In this document: one piece after another, positions 28,860 to 38,699 of the stretch | Position numbering within the stretch: position 1 is the stretch's first letter | How the letters are laid out: each line of letters begins with the position of its first letter | Assembly (NCBI GenBank): GCA_963727625.1 | Contig: CAVSHR010000004.1 | Coordinates: 1,472,001-1,536,000 of the forward strand | From: an uncultured delta proteobacterium | GTDB lineage: Bacteria > Desulfobacterota > Binatia > UBA9968 | Direction of reading: 5' to 3' | DNA length: 64,000 bases | The notes under the pieces: model-generated | Databases searched by the model: none | Told to the model about the DNA's origin: nothing | What the model saw: the letters and a program-made list of their open reading frames with translations, nothing else | Translations under genes and position numbers: made by a program

Positions 28860-29075
28860 ATGAAGATCGAATACGATAAAAAAGTTGATGCGCTTTACAT
28901 CAGAATTCAGGAAAAAGAAGTCGCTCGGACCCAAGAGGTGTCTGATGGTGTGAATCTTGACTTCGATGGCGAGGGCCGGCTAATCGGCCTTGAAGTCTTA
29001 AGCGCTTCTAAACGATACCCCTCAGCTGATATTTTCAACCTCTCGACGGAGAATCTCATTCTGAACGACACGTAA
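28860..29075 (+). CDS. DUF2283-family protein (putative antitoxin)
   Basis: MKIEYDKKVDALYIRI...LDFDGEGRLIGLEVLSAS. Confidence 0.88.
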   Translation: MKIEYDKKVDALYIRIQEKEVARTQEVSDGVNLDFDGEGRLIGLEVLSASKRYPSADIFNLSTENLILNDT

Positions 29076-29324
29076 GCAAACTACACAAGCCTAACGTCAG
29101 GACTCATCTCCGTTCCAGGCCCTGTTGATACGCTTCAATCAACGTTCTCGTCGCATCGTTAAATTTCAATCGGTTTCTGTGGGACACAAAGAAGCTTGAC
29201 GGTTTCCTTCTTTCGTCCGTAGAGCGGAAAAACATCCGCGATTCGCTGCAGCCGACACAGTAGATCAAATCACGGCATACTCATCACCCTGTTCCGGGAT
29301 CGGGGTATCGCTTCTCCGTGAGAA

Positions 29325-30563
29325 TTACTCCATCAGGCGCCTGACCTGCTCCCGGAGTGCCATGAGAGTCGGTGTTATCGGCGTGAACTCTTTCTCCGAG
29401 TATCGGATCGCCTCGGGCTGCTTCAAGCCGTGGCCGGTGAGGTTGCAGACAACCGATTCATCGGCAGTGATAACGCCGGAGGTGCGGAGTTTTTTTGCGG
29501 CGGCGACGGAAGTCGCGGCGGCGGGTTCGGCGAAGATGCCAGCGAGGTATCCGGTTAGAGATTGGGCTTCGAGAATTTCTTCGTCGGTGAGCGCGGTCGC
29601 TGTGCCGCCGGATTCGCGCAGCGCTGCGAGTGCCCGCCAGCCGAGCGAAGCCGGATTGCCGACTTGAATGCTTTCAGCGACCGTCTCGCGCGCGACGACG
29701 GGTTCGACTTCGGTCGATCCTTTCTCGAACGCAGCCACGATAGGCGCGGCGGCTTCGCTTTGAGCGGCGACCAGCTTAGGCGCTCGTTCGATCCAGCCGA
29801 GCGACAGGAATTCTTTATAGCCTTTCCACATGGCGTATATGCCTGTGCCGCCGGCGGTGGGATGGATCACCCAGTCGGGCATGCGCCCGTCGAGCTGATC
29901 GACCATCTCGTAAGCATAGGACTTCTTTCCTTCGTCGCGATAGGGATTGGTCGAAAGACAATCGTACCAACCGAATTCTTGAACCGCCGCTTTGTAAAGC
30001 TTCGCGACTTCGTTGTCGAAGTCGCCGTCGACCACGATCACCGTCGCGCCGTAGGCGCGGGCCTGGATGATCTTCGACGGCGCCGTTCCTTTGGGCACCA
30101 TGACGACGCTCTTGATCCCCGCCGCAGCGGAGTAGGCCGCGACGGACGCAGCCGCATTCCCTGTCGACATCACCGCAGCAGTTTGAAACCCCAACTCCTT
30201 CGCCACCGAAAGGCCGACGCTGTTGCTGCGATCCTTGAGTGAACCGGTGGGCAGCACCGTGTCGTTCTTCATATACAACTTGGCAATACCGATCCGCTCC
30301 CCGAGACGCGCCGTGTGAATCAAGGGAGTGCTTCCTTCGCCTAATGACACGATCGACGAACGATTCGCCACGGGGAAAAATTCGAACCAGCGCCAAATCG
30401 ACGTATCCCGGTCGGCGCGCATCCGCGCAAGGTCGCCGCGAGTCAGATGATCGATGGCAAGGTTAACTTCGAGAATGCTCCGGCACTGCGGGCACTGAAA
30501 AATCGTGCGCGCCTCCGGCTCGCAGCCGCACTTCGGACAGCTAAGCTTGCTTACCTTGCCCAT
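29325..30563 (-). CDS. thrC: Threonine synthase
   Basis: SLGEGSTPL, PTGSLKDR (PLP Lys), STGNAAAS, FAEPAAA and LTGHGLK motifs. Confidence 0.88.
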   Translation of the reverse strand: MGKVSKLSCPKCGCEPEARTIFQCPQCRSILEVNLAIDHLTRGDLARMRADRDTSIWRWFEFFPVANRSSIVSLGEGSTPLIHTARLGERIGIAKLYMKNDTVLPTGSLKDRSNSVGLSVAKELGFQTAAVMSTGNAAASVAAYSAAAGIKSVVMVPKGTAPSKIIQARAYGATVIVVDGDFDNEVAKLYKAAVQEFGWYDCLSTNPYRDEGKKSYAYEMVDQLDGRMPDWVIHPTAGGTGIYAMWKGYKEFLSLGWIERAPKLVAAQSEAAAPIVAAFEKGSTEVEPVVARETVAESIQVGNPASLGWRALAALRESGGTATALTDEEILEAQSLTGYLAGIFAEPAAATSVAAAKKLRTSGVITADESVVCNLTGHGLKQPEAIRYSEKEFTPITPTLMALREQVRRLME

Positions 30564-30607
30564 ATGGGATGCTCAACCACCATCGTTAGCCTCTTTGACC
30601 ACCCGCT

Positions 30608-30639
30608 ACTCCAACACTCCATCCTTCCAACACTCCAAT
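30608..30639. repeat. Degenerate 8-mer tandem repeat (ACTCCAAC x4)
   Basis: ACTCCAAC ACTCCATC CTTCCAAC ACTCCAAT, intergenic. Confidence 0.7.
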
Positions 30640-30644
30640 CCGCC

Positions 30645-31142
30645 TTAGCCCGTTCGCCGTTCCATCTCGGTTAAGGATTTTTCCAACTCCGCTTCCAGTT
30701 CGCCCACGTCGAAACCCACGGCGCGCGCGCCGTCCAGGATGGCGATGCAAATCATGATCAGGTTCAAACCCTCGCGCGGCGGCGGCTCGTCGGGATGGTC
30801 ATAAAGGTAATGATCGACCCGCTGCTTGAGCATGAGAAAGTCACGCAGGCAGACCACCGCCGGCAAATTCTCCACCGGCCCCGAGTTCACCGTCATCGGC
30901 GCAAAGGCCACACCGCCCGGATCGACCAAGGCGATCTGCGTGCCGTCCTCGAAGAGCAGAACTAAATAACGATCTCCGGTCTCCGGATGGTTCTTTTGTT
31001 CGAACGCGGTCACCTCGCCCCACGTAAGCCTCACGCTCTTCCCTGAGGCTACGTCGAGCAGCGTCGAGCGCTCGTCGTCGTAAAGAACCACCCCGGGGTG
31101 CTTGGCAATCCAGTTTTCCGCTACTGTCTTCGCTCCATCCAT
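30645..31142 (-). CDS. Hypothetical protein
   Basis: About 165-aa ORF co-oriented with thrC. Start uncertain (up to 31211). Confidence 0.7.
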   Translation of the reverse strand: MDGAKTVAENWIAKHPGVVLYDDERSTLLDVASGKSVRLTWGEVTAFEQKNHPETGDRYLVLLFEDGTQIALVDPGGVAFAPMTVNSGPVENLPAVVCLRDFLMLKQRVDHYLYDHPDEPPPREGLNLIMICIAILDGARAVGFDVGELEAELEKSLTEMERRTG

Positions 31143-31322
31143 AAGAACTTCAAGCTCATAGTAATCCCATCGCTCCCCTTGCGCCAACCGGTTTGCGTGG
31201 AGAACGTCCATTGATAACCGCGATTGCTATTCTCGGTCGACATAGTAACCTTGATGTTAAATTTGGCGTATGCGTACCCGGTTAAATTTACGATCTCGCC
31301 TCCAGGGCTGCCTTCGCCTCCG

Positions 31323-32714
31323 ATGAGTCCCCGCCTGCCGCGCCGGTTTTTGCTCGGTTATTGGATTTTCGTTGTCTACGGCTCGTTCATTCCGTTTGTT
31401 TTTAACCTCGATCCCAACTTCGTGCACTGGCGTCTCGATATATTTTTATTTCGATCGCTTTCTAGAGGAGTAACCCGCTGGTCGTGGTCTGATATCATCG
31501 TCAACGTCTTGCTTTATTTTCCTTTGGGTTTACTGGGCTTGGCTCGCCTGGGCCGCGCTCGCTGGTTTGCGCAATCGTTCGTCATGCCGCTGATCGTGGG
31601 CGCGATCGGACTTTGCGCCGGCCTTGCCGTCGAGCTAGGGCAAACGCTGTCTCCTTACCGCAGTCCTTCGATGCTCGACGCGTTTTGCAACGGCTTCGGA
31701 GCTCTGATTGGTGCCGCGGCAGCCAGCTTCTTGCTATGCTCCCGCGGCCGCAGTTTTGGCTCCCGCGTGGGTCGGCTGGTGCGAGCTCACCCTGCGGAAT
31801 GCGCGGCCGGGGTACTCTTGGTCGTTGCGCTTGCTGGGAGTTATTATCCATTTATTCCCGCGCCGGACGCACTTTATCTTCGGTTCAATTCGACTCGCGC
31901 CTTTGGCGCTGATCTCTGGCCCGCCACTCCTCGCGCGTGGATCGATATTGTTATTAACAAGGGCGTGATTTTCGCCGCGTTCGGTTTCGCGCGGTATCGC
32001 ACCCCACGGCGGTCCCGACTGAGTCCCGCACTAAGCGTGTGGCTTGAAGCAACCCTGACCGCGGCAACCATCGAAGCCGGTAAATTACTATTCATCGGTC
32101 CCGCCTTTCAGGCAGTGAATATATTCGCGAGCTCCGTCGGCGCGCTATGTGGCGTCATGCTCATCCCCGCCCTTTCATCTAAGAAGGCCCTTCGCTCGCG
32201 GCGGCAAGCCGCCCTCCTGGCTGTCTTGTTGGCGCTGCTGTGCTATTTCGAGCTGCGGCCCTTTGACTGGATTTACTTTTTCGAGCTGCCGGCAAAAATC
32301 AAGCAGATCGAATGGCTGCCTTTTTTTTCATACTACGGTTCCACACCGCAGGCGGCGTTTTTCGATTTGGCAAAAAAATTGATTTTGACCCTGCCTCTCG
32401 GTTATCTGATCGTTGCCGCAAGCCCAAACCGCGCAGAGCGGCGGCGTGCGCGCTACGCCGGCATATTAGGCGCGTTGGTCGGCATGTTTTTGGAAACTTG
32501 CCAGCTTCTGACTCGCTCCCGTGTCACCTCGATTACCGATGTTCTAATCTTCACGTTCGGCTCCTGGGTCGGCGCCCTGGCGTTCAACTGGTTCCACGCA
32601 TCCACCGCGACAACCTCGGACCTCGGCAACCCCAGAGCCGCCCCCATCGAATCGCCATTAACTCAAGGCGATCAACGACCGACGTCAGCGGCCGGGACTA
32701 AATCGCGACCATGA
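31323..32714 (+). CDS. VanZ-family membrane protein (repeated VanZ domains)
   Basis: DIIVNVLLYFPLG, ELGQ...RSPSMLD..CNGFG and ETCQ...SRVTSITDV motifs. Confidence 0.8.
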   Translation: MSPRLPRRFLLGYWIFVVYGSFIPFVFNLDPNFVHWRLDIFLFRSLSRGVTRWSWSDIIVNVLLYFPLGLLGLARLGRARWFAQSFVMPLIVGAIGLCAGLAVELGQTLSPYRSPSMLDAFCNGFGALIGAAAASFLLCSRGRSFGSRVGRLVRAHPAECAAGVLLVVALAGSYYPFIPAPDALYLRFNSTRAFGADLWPATPRAWIDIVINKGVIFAAFGFARYRTPRRSRLSPALSVWLEATLTAATIEAGKLLFIGPAFQAVNIFASSVGALCGVMLIPALSSKKALRSRRQAALLAVLLALLCYFELRPFDWIYFFELPAKIKQIEWLPFFSYYGSTPQAAFFDLAKKLILTLPLGYLIVAASPNRAERRRARYAGILGALVGMFLETCQLLTRSRVTSITDVLIFTFGSWVGALAFNWFHASTATTSDLGNPRAAPIESPLTQGDQRPTSAAGTKSRP

Positions 32715-32793
32715 GGTTAGCAAATGACATGCGATCTGCTTCCGGCACCCCTTGCTAACGGTGGAAATCGTTCCGCGCGCTAAGGCGGCTCCT

Positions 32794-33045
32794 ATGCTCG
32801 GACTTATCTGGACCGTAATCATCGGTTTTTTCGTCGGCGTCATCGCCAAGCTGATCATGCCGGGCAAGGAGAACCTGGGCTTTATCGCGACCACGGCGCT
32901 CGGCATCATCGGTTCCTTAGCGGCGACTTATATTGGGCAAGTCGTTGGCTGGTACGAGGCCGGCCAGGGCGCCGGTTTTATCGGCTCGGTGGTCGGAGCG
33001 TTCGTGGTTTTGTGGGCGTATCTCACAATCAAATCGAGAGCCTAG
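32794..33045 (+). CDS. GlsB/YeaQ/YmgE-family membrane protein
   Basis: IIGFFVGVIAKLIMPG...LGIIGS...GFIGSVVGA. Confidence 0.9.
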   Translation: MLGLIWTVIIGFFVGVIAKLIMPGKENLGFIATTALGIIGSLAATYIGQVVGWYEAGQGAGFIGSVVGAFVVLWAYLTIKSRA

Positions 33046-33382
33046 TATCCGGGCCGCCGGCGATCCGCCACGACTTCTTCCGCCTGCTGCAGGAGAACAT
33101 GAAACTCGTGATCCTCAAGATAGCCGACGTCGAGGGCGGCGTATAACTGGAAACGAAGGTCAGCATAAGAAGCTATGTGGTAGAGAGAATTCGGTGAAGC
33201 TCACCCCTCCCTCCGCGTTCAAATCCTTCGGCCATATTGGACATGATCGACACGGCCGCTCGCTGAATCTTTCCGGACAATCCAAAGTGGCGTGCAAAAG
33301 ATCTCCGTCGGGTTGCTTTATAGATTTCATGAGAGAATTTCCGAGCCTTTTGCAGTGCGGTCAATTTTTCGAGTCGTTCCAT
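33042..33382 (-). pseudogene. Four-helix-bundle (23S rRNA IVP-like) protein, disrupted
   Basis: IQRAAVSIMSNMAEGFER, stop at 33173, then ALDVGYL resumes after the stop. Confidence 0.8.
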
Positions 33383-33421
33383 TCGCGCCGCCCCACTTTC
33401 TTCTTACCGATGACTCAGCCC

Positions 33422-36316
33422 TCAGCCCTCAGTGCCTAGCCCTTCCCACATCAGCTCCGCCGGGTGTTTCGCTTTTCTGCCGGCCAGGTGATCGATTTGC
33501 TGGCGGCAAGAAATGCCGGGGGCGGCGATTTCGATATCGGCAGCCGCCGCTTTGACGGCGGGAGCGAGACGGCGGTTGCCGATCTTGGTCGAGAGATCGT
33601 AGTGTTCTTTTTCAAAGCCAAAGGAGCCGGCCATGCCGCAACACCCTGAATTGATCTCGCTGACATCGTAACCGGCGGCCTTGAGCATGGCGATGGTCGG
33701 CGCGGTTCCCACCAGAGCTTTTTGATGGCAGTGGCCGTGCAATAGGACCTTCTTGCCCTTGCCCTGCGAATTGAGCGACAATCTTCCGGCCTTCTGTTCG
33801 CGCATGACAAACTCTTCGAGCAGAAAACTGTTTGCGGCGACCTTCTTCGCCGCCGGGTCGCGGATAAATTCCGGATATTCGTCGCGCAACGTCAGCAAAC
33901 AGGAAGGCTCCAGTCCGACAATCGCCGTGCCTTTCTCGGCGAACGGCGCGAGTTTGTCGACGTTCCAAGCAGCATTTTCCTTGGCCTGGCCAAGCATGCC
34001 TTTGGAGATCATCGGCCGGCCGCAGCATTTCTTGTCAACGAGCAAGACCCGATAGCCCGATCGTTCGAGAAAGCGCGTGGCGGCGACGGCGACGTTGGGC
34101 GTGTTGTAGTTGTTGAAGGTGTCGTGAAACAAAACGACCTCGCCCTTCGCACCGTCGCCTTCCGCCTCGTGCTTGCGAAACCAGTCTTCGAAAGTTTCGC
34201 CGGCGAATTGCGGCAAGGGGCGCCTGCGGTCGATGCCGGCAAACAGCTCCATCAGCCAGCGGTTGAGCGATGAATTCGCGATCCAGTTCGACACCGGCGC
34301 CAAGCTTGCACCGATACGATTCAAGGTTTCGATCCCGCCGAACATCCGGTTGCGCAGCGGCAAGCCATGGGCGCGATGGTAATGATCGAGAAACTCATAC
34401 TTGAGCTTCGCCATGTCGACGTTCGACGGGCACTCCGCCTTGCACGCTTTGCATTCGAGACAGAGATCCATCACCTCGTAGAGCCGCTTGCCGGTGAATT
34501 CTTCCTGGGGCATCCTGCCGGCGATCGCGTTCCTGAGCGCATTGGCGCGGCCGCGGGTTGAGTGCTCTTCGTCGAGGGTGCCCATGTAGGACGGGCACAT
34601 GGTGCCGTCAAGTTTCTTCCGGCACTCGCCCATGCCGCTGCACATCTCCACCGCCCGCGCAAAACCGCCTTGGGCACCGAAGTCCAAAGTCGTTCGCGGC
34701 TCCCAGGGTTGGTAGCGCGGGCTGATCTTTAGCGACTCGGTCATCGCCGGCGCGTCGACGATTTTGCCGGGGTTCATGAGATTCTTGGGATCGAAGGCCC
34801 GCTTGATCTGGCGGAAGGCATCGTAAAGCGCGGGACCGAAAAGTTTCAAATTGAAGTGGCTGCGCGCCAAGCCGTCGCCATGCTCGCCGGACATGGCGCC
34901 GTTGAATTCGAGCACGAGATCGGAGATGGCGTTGGCGATGGAGACCATCTTGTGCATCTCGCTCTCTTCCTTGAGATTGATCAACGGGCGGATGTGCATG
35001 CAGCCCACCGAGCAGTGGCCATAGTAGCCCGCGATGGTGTCGTGGCGCGCCACCACTTCGCGAAAGCGTTTGATGAACTCCGGCAACCTGGCCGGCGCCA
35101 CCGCCGTGTCTTCGACGAAGGCGATCGGCTTCTTGTCACCCTTCATGCCGAGCAGCAAACCGAGCCCGGCCTTGCGCACGCCCCAGATCGCTTTCACTTC
35201 CTCCGGCTTGAAGGCGAGCGTCGAGGCATAGCCGATGCGCTCGCGCTTGCGCACCTCTTCGAGTTTATAGACCTGATCTTTGATTTCGTCCTCGTTCTCG
35301 CCGGCGTACTCGACCATCAAGAGCGAATCGGGCGTGCCCTGAACGAAGCCAAGCTTGCGCGACTGCTCGATATTGCCGCGGGCCAGGTTCAAGACCATCT
35401 TGTCGGTGGATTCCATCGCGTAAGGGTGGGTCTGCAAGACGATCTGAGCGCACTCCAACGCTTCGTTATCGTCATTGAAGTGAATCACGTCCATGGCCGT
35501 CCACTTGGGCTTGGGAACCAAACGCATCTTCGCTTCCACGATGGTCGCCAGCGTGCCCTCCGAACCGACGAGCACGCGCGCGAGATTGAAGGGCTGGGGC
35601 TTGACGAATTCGTCCAGATTGTAGCCCGACACACGCCGCATGATTTTCGGATAGCGAGCGAGAATTTCGTTTTTGTGCTGCTGCGCCAGGCGAAACACCT
35701 CGCGGTAGGCGCGACCCTCGATCGTGTCGGCGCGGCTCTTGGTTTGCACATCCTCTGGCGAAAGATCTTTCAGCACCGCTTCGCTGCCATCGGCGAGCAG
35801 CACGGTCAATTCGATCACGTGATCGAGCGTCTTGCCGTAGGTGAGCGAATGAGCGCCGGAAGAATTATTGCCGATCATGCCGCCGACGGTGGCGCGGTTC
35901 GACGTCGACGTGTCCGGCCCGAATTGCAGTCCCATGCCGCGCACGTAGGCGTTCAGCTCGTCCTGGACCAACCCGGGCTGCACCCGGCACCAGAGCTCTT
36001 CTCTATTCACTTCCAAAACATTCTGCATGTACTTGGAAAAATCCAGCACGATGGAATGGCCGACGGCCTGGCCGGCGAGCGACGTGCCGCCGCCGCGCGG
36101 CAAGAGGGTCACGCCGAGCTTGTTGGCGAGCTCGACCGCCGCCTGCACGTCGCCTTTGTGGCGCGGCACGACCACGCCGATGGGCTCGATTTGATAGATC
36201 GAAGCGTCGGTGGAGTACAGCAGGCGCGAGTAACGGTCGAAGCGGATATCCCCTTCGATCCGCTTTTTAAGCTCCGCTTCGATCTCGAAATAGTCCCTGC
36301 CTGCCTTCGTGCTCAT
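33422..36316 (-). CDS. FAD-binding/Fe-S oxidoreductase (YdiJ-like, GlcD-GlcF fusion)
   Basis: RGGGTSLAGQ, SGEHGDG, CSGMGEC, CLECKACKAECP and CCG domains. Confidence 0.92.
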   Translation of the reverse strand: MSTKAGRDYFEIEAELKKRIEGDIRFDRYSRLLYSTDASIYQIEPIGVVVPRHKGDVQAAVELANKLGVTLLPRGGGTSLAGQAVGHSIVLDFSKYMQNVLEVNREELWCRVQPGLVQDELNAYVRGMGLQFGPDTSTSNRATVGGMIGNNSSGAHSLTYGKTLDHVIELTVLLADGSEAVLKDLSPEDVQTKSRADTIEGRAYREVFRLAQQHKNEILARYPKIMRRVSGYNLDEFVKPQPFNLARVLVGSEGTLATIVEAKMRLVPKPKWTAMDVIHFNDDNEALECAQIVLQTHPYAMESTDKMVLNLARGNIEQSRKLGFVQGTPDSLLMVEYAGENEDEIKDQVYKLEEVRKRERIGYASTLAFKPEEVKAIWGVRKAGLGLLLGMKGDKKPIAFVEDTAVAPARLPEFIKRFREVVARHDTIAGYYGHCSVGCMHIRPLINLKEESEMHKMVSIANAISDLVLEFNGAMSGEHGDGLARSHFNLKLFGPALYDAFRQIKRAFDPKNLMNPGKIVDAPAMTESLKISPRYQPWEPRTTLDFGAQGGFARAVEMCSGMGECRKKLDGTMCPSYMGTLDEEHSTRGRANALRNAIAGRMPQEEFTGKRLYEVMDLCLECKACKAECPSNVDMAKLKYEFLDHYHRAHGLPLRNRMFGGIETLNRIGASLAPVSNWIANSSLNRWLMELFAGIDRRRPLPQFAGETFEDWFRKHEAEGDGAKGEVVLFHDTFNNYNTPNVAVAATRFLERSGYRVLLVDKKCCGRPMISKGMLGQAKENAAWNVDKLAPFAEKGTAIVGLEPSCLLTLRDEYPEFIRDPAAKKVAANSFLLEEFVMREQKAGRLSLNSQGKGKKVLLHGHCHQKALVGTAPTIAMLKAAGYDVSEINSGCCGMAGSFGFEKEHYDLSTKIGNRRLAPAVKAAAADIEIAAPGISCRQQIDHLAGRKAKHPAELMWEGLGTEG

Positions 36317-36373
36317 CCTTGACCTCGCGTTTCACCCTTGAACATTTGAACCTTGAACCCTTGAACAAATTTT

Positions 36374-37252
36374 TTAACCCCACCGTAACACCAAAACGCC
36401 GACGACGACCAGCGCCGCGGCGGCACCGTCCTGAAAGGTGACCTCTTCGATCCCTTGAAGCGTGGTCTTCGCCAGCAAGAAACTGACGATGGGTTGGGCG
36501 CTCCAGATCGGCGCAACCACCGAGGCCGGCGCATGCACCAACGCTTTCAAAGTAAAGATCGAGCCGATCGCATAAAGAAAACCGGCGGCGACAAAACAGA
36601 GCAGGCTTTGGGCGGGAATCCGCTGCCACTTCCGTTCGATCTTGAGCAAATTGCCGAGGGTCATCAGCAGCGCCAACCCGGTGGCGTGCATGACCAGCGC
36701 GCCGAGCACCGGCGGTCCGCCGTGATCAGTGCCGAATTTTTTCAGCACCGGAACCACGCCGTAGCAGAGCGTCGCGAGGACGGCCGCCGGGGTGAGCCGC
36801 CGCGGCGCGGGATTGCCGCCCGGCGTCCTATCGGATCGAGTCACAAAGAAGACGCCGGAGATGATCAACAGGACGCCGATCACGACGGAAAAACTCAGCC
36901 GCTCGCCGAGCACCGCGGCCGCCAGAAACACGGTGATCAGCGGCGAAGAGTTATTGAGCGACTGCGCCCGGGATGCGCCGATCTGATCGACGCTTTTAAC
37001 GAACAGGGTGCGGCCGAGAAAAGCGCCGACGACGCCGGTGCCGGCAAAAACAAGCACGGCCGGCAGCGGAATTTTGCCGGCGAAAAGATCACCTTCGAGC
37101 AGCGCGGAGGCGAATAACGTCAGAAGAATCGCCGCCTGCTGGTGAAGCGTCGCCGCGCTCACGTCGGCGCCCGCCAGCCCGCGTTTGACCAGCACCGGAC
37201 TGGTACCCCAAAAAACTCCGGCGCCAAGCGCGTAGAGGATTCCCGTTTCCAT
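36374..37252 (-). CDS. EamA/DMT-family transporter
   Basis: About 292 aa, hydrophobic, IGASRA...SPL...VLGERL. Confidence 0.85.
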   Translation of the reverse strand: METGILYALGAGVFWGTSPVLVKRGLAGADVSAATLHQQAAILLTLFASALLEGDLFAGKIPLPAVLVFAGTGVVGAFLGRTLFVKSVDQIGASRAQSLNNSSPLITVFLAAAVLGERLSFSVVIGVLLIISGVFFVTRSDRTPGGNPAPRRLTPAAVLATLCYGVVPVLKKFGTDHGGPPVLGALVMHATGLALLMTLGNLLKIERKWQRIPAQSLLCFVAAGFLYAIGSIFTLKALVHAPASVVAPIWSAQPIVSFLLAKTTLQGIEEVTFQDGAAAALVVVGVLVLRWG

Positions 37253-37266
37253 GGAATCGAGTGACG

Positions 37267-37950
37267 CTAGCGGCTCAGCGCGGCACGGGCTTGGTCGAAG
37301 ATACTTTGGAACATCGATCGGGTCAGTTTGCCGGTAAATGTGTTTTGTTGGCTCGGATGATAAGAGCAAAGTAAGAGCTGCCCGTTGTCTAGATTCACGG
37401 CAACGCCATGGCCGAACTTGGGGCGCGGCTTGGGCAAAACGCCGCCGCTGTCTCGGTACGCGGCGAGAAACGAATCGAAGGCGATCTTGCCGAGCGCGAT
37501 GACCACTTGCATATCGCCGAATAATTTCAGTTCTTCGACCAAGTATGGGCGGCAACGGACGAACTCGATGCGACTGGGTTTGTTGCCCGGCGGCGCGCAA
37601 TGCACCGCCGCCGTGATGTAGCAGTCGCGCAGAGTGAGACCGTCGGAGCGATGATCCGAGTTGGCCTGATTGGCAAAACCGGCGGCGTGAAGCGCGCCAT
37701 AGAGCCAATCGCCGCTACGGTCGCCGGTAAACATGCGCCCCGCGCGGTTACCACCGTGAGCGGCGGGCGCCAGTCCGACAATTAGAAGTCGCGCTTCTCG
37801 ATCACCGAATCCGGGCAGCGGCTTTGCCCAGTACTTTTGGCCCTGATAACGGCGCGGCGGATTTTGCGCTGATGCCTCCCGCCAGCGCACCAGCCGAGGA
37901 CATCGCCGGCAGTTAATAATCCTGCGATTCAATTCGTCGAGCGCTCTCAT
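37267..37950 (-). CDS. udgB: Uracil-DNA glycosylase, family 5
   Basis: CRRCPRL Fe-S ligands, GLAPAAHG.NR.GR.FTGDRSG and YHPSQQNT motifs. Confidence 0.92.
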   Translation of the reverse strand: MRALDELNRRIINCRRCPRLVRWREASAQNPPRRYQGQKYWAKPLPGFGDREARLLIVGLAPAAHGGNRAGRMFTGDRSGDWLYGALHAAGFANQANSDHRSDGLTLRDCYITAAVHCAPPGNKPSRIEFVRCRPYLVEELKLFGDMQVVIALGKIAFDSFLAAYRDSGGVLPKPRPKFGHGVAVNLDNGQLLLCSYHPSQQNTFTGKLTRSMFQSIFDQARAALSR

Positions 37951-38166
37951 GCAGTTGTTGTGTTAGCACAGGGCACGCTGCAAAAGAAAACAAAGCGGTT
38001 CCCTTCCGCCCAATGAGGCGGAGCGCCGCGCGGGCCGCGCAGAGTTGATCGAGAGCGGGGATAACCCAAGGCTCAGGCTGATCAAACGCGGCACGGCAAG
38101 ACCCGTGTAAGCAGTTTCTATTTCTGCTATAAAATCACATGACTTAACTCTTGGAGGGAGATTCCA

Positions 38167-38631
38167 ATGATTGAACGACCACAGCCGTACGTCAGGCAAT
38201 CTGACGTCTGCATCAATCACCGTAATTGGGAAAGCCCGTCCTGCGATTACAGCGGCTCCGAAGAAGTCGTCCATGAGCTGAGAAAAGTCGCCAAAGAACG
38301 AAACCTTAACGGGAAGGTTCGCGGCGCGCGCAGTGGCTGTCTGGACGTTTGCGAGTTTGGACCGAATATGATGGTTTGGCACGAGGGGCTGTGGTCCATG
38401 AAGGTCACCAAGGGCGATGTTCCTCCGATCGTCGACAATTATCTGAAGTTGGAAGCATTCGATCAAAAAAAAAGAAGCCGGCGCAGTGGCGAAGTAAATC
38501 GCATCCCGCATTGTCCGTCGTCTTCCGTTCACCCGCTCGGCGACAAGAATCGCGGTATTTCCACTCACGGAGAAACCGCGATTCCATATCGTCAGGGTGC
38601 TTTAAACACGCGAAATCTCGGCGTTCCTTGA
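38167..38631 (+). CDS. Thioredoxin-like [2Fe-2S] ferredoxin
   Basis: VCIN...SC...SGCLDVCEFGPNM. The true end may be 38497 if the 9-A run is one base too long. Confidence 0.8.
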   Translation: MIERPQPYVRQSDVCINHRNWESPSCDYSGSEEVVHELRKVAKERNLNGKVRGARSGCLDVCEFGPNMMVWHEGLWSMKVTKGDVPPIVDNYLKLEAFDQKKRSRRSGEVNRIPHCPSSSVHPLGDKNRGISTHGETAIPYRQGALNTRNLGVP

Positions 38632-38699
38632 CACGGAACTCCCATCCATATTAGAAAAAAGGTTAACATTAAACTTTAGGAACTAGAGGATTAATCATC

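Noticed and set aside
34856-36322. Long antisense ORFs (also 39587-40591, 50582-51388, 53056-53799, 8164-9111)
   Set aside because: Shadow frames of well-supported genes in GC-rich DNA, with no recognisable motifs.
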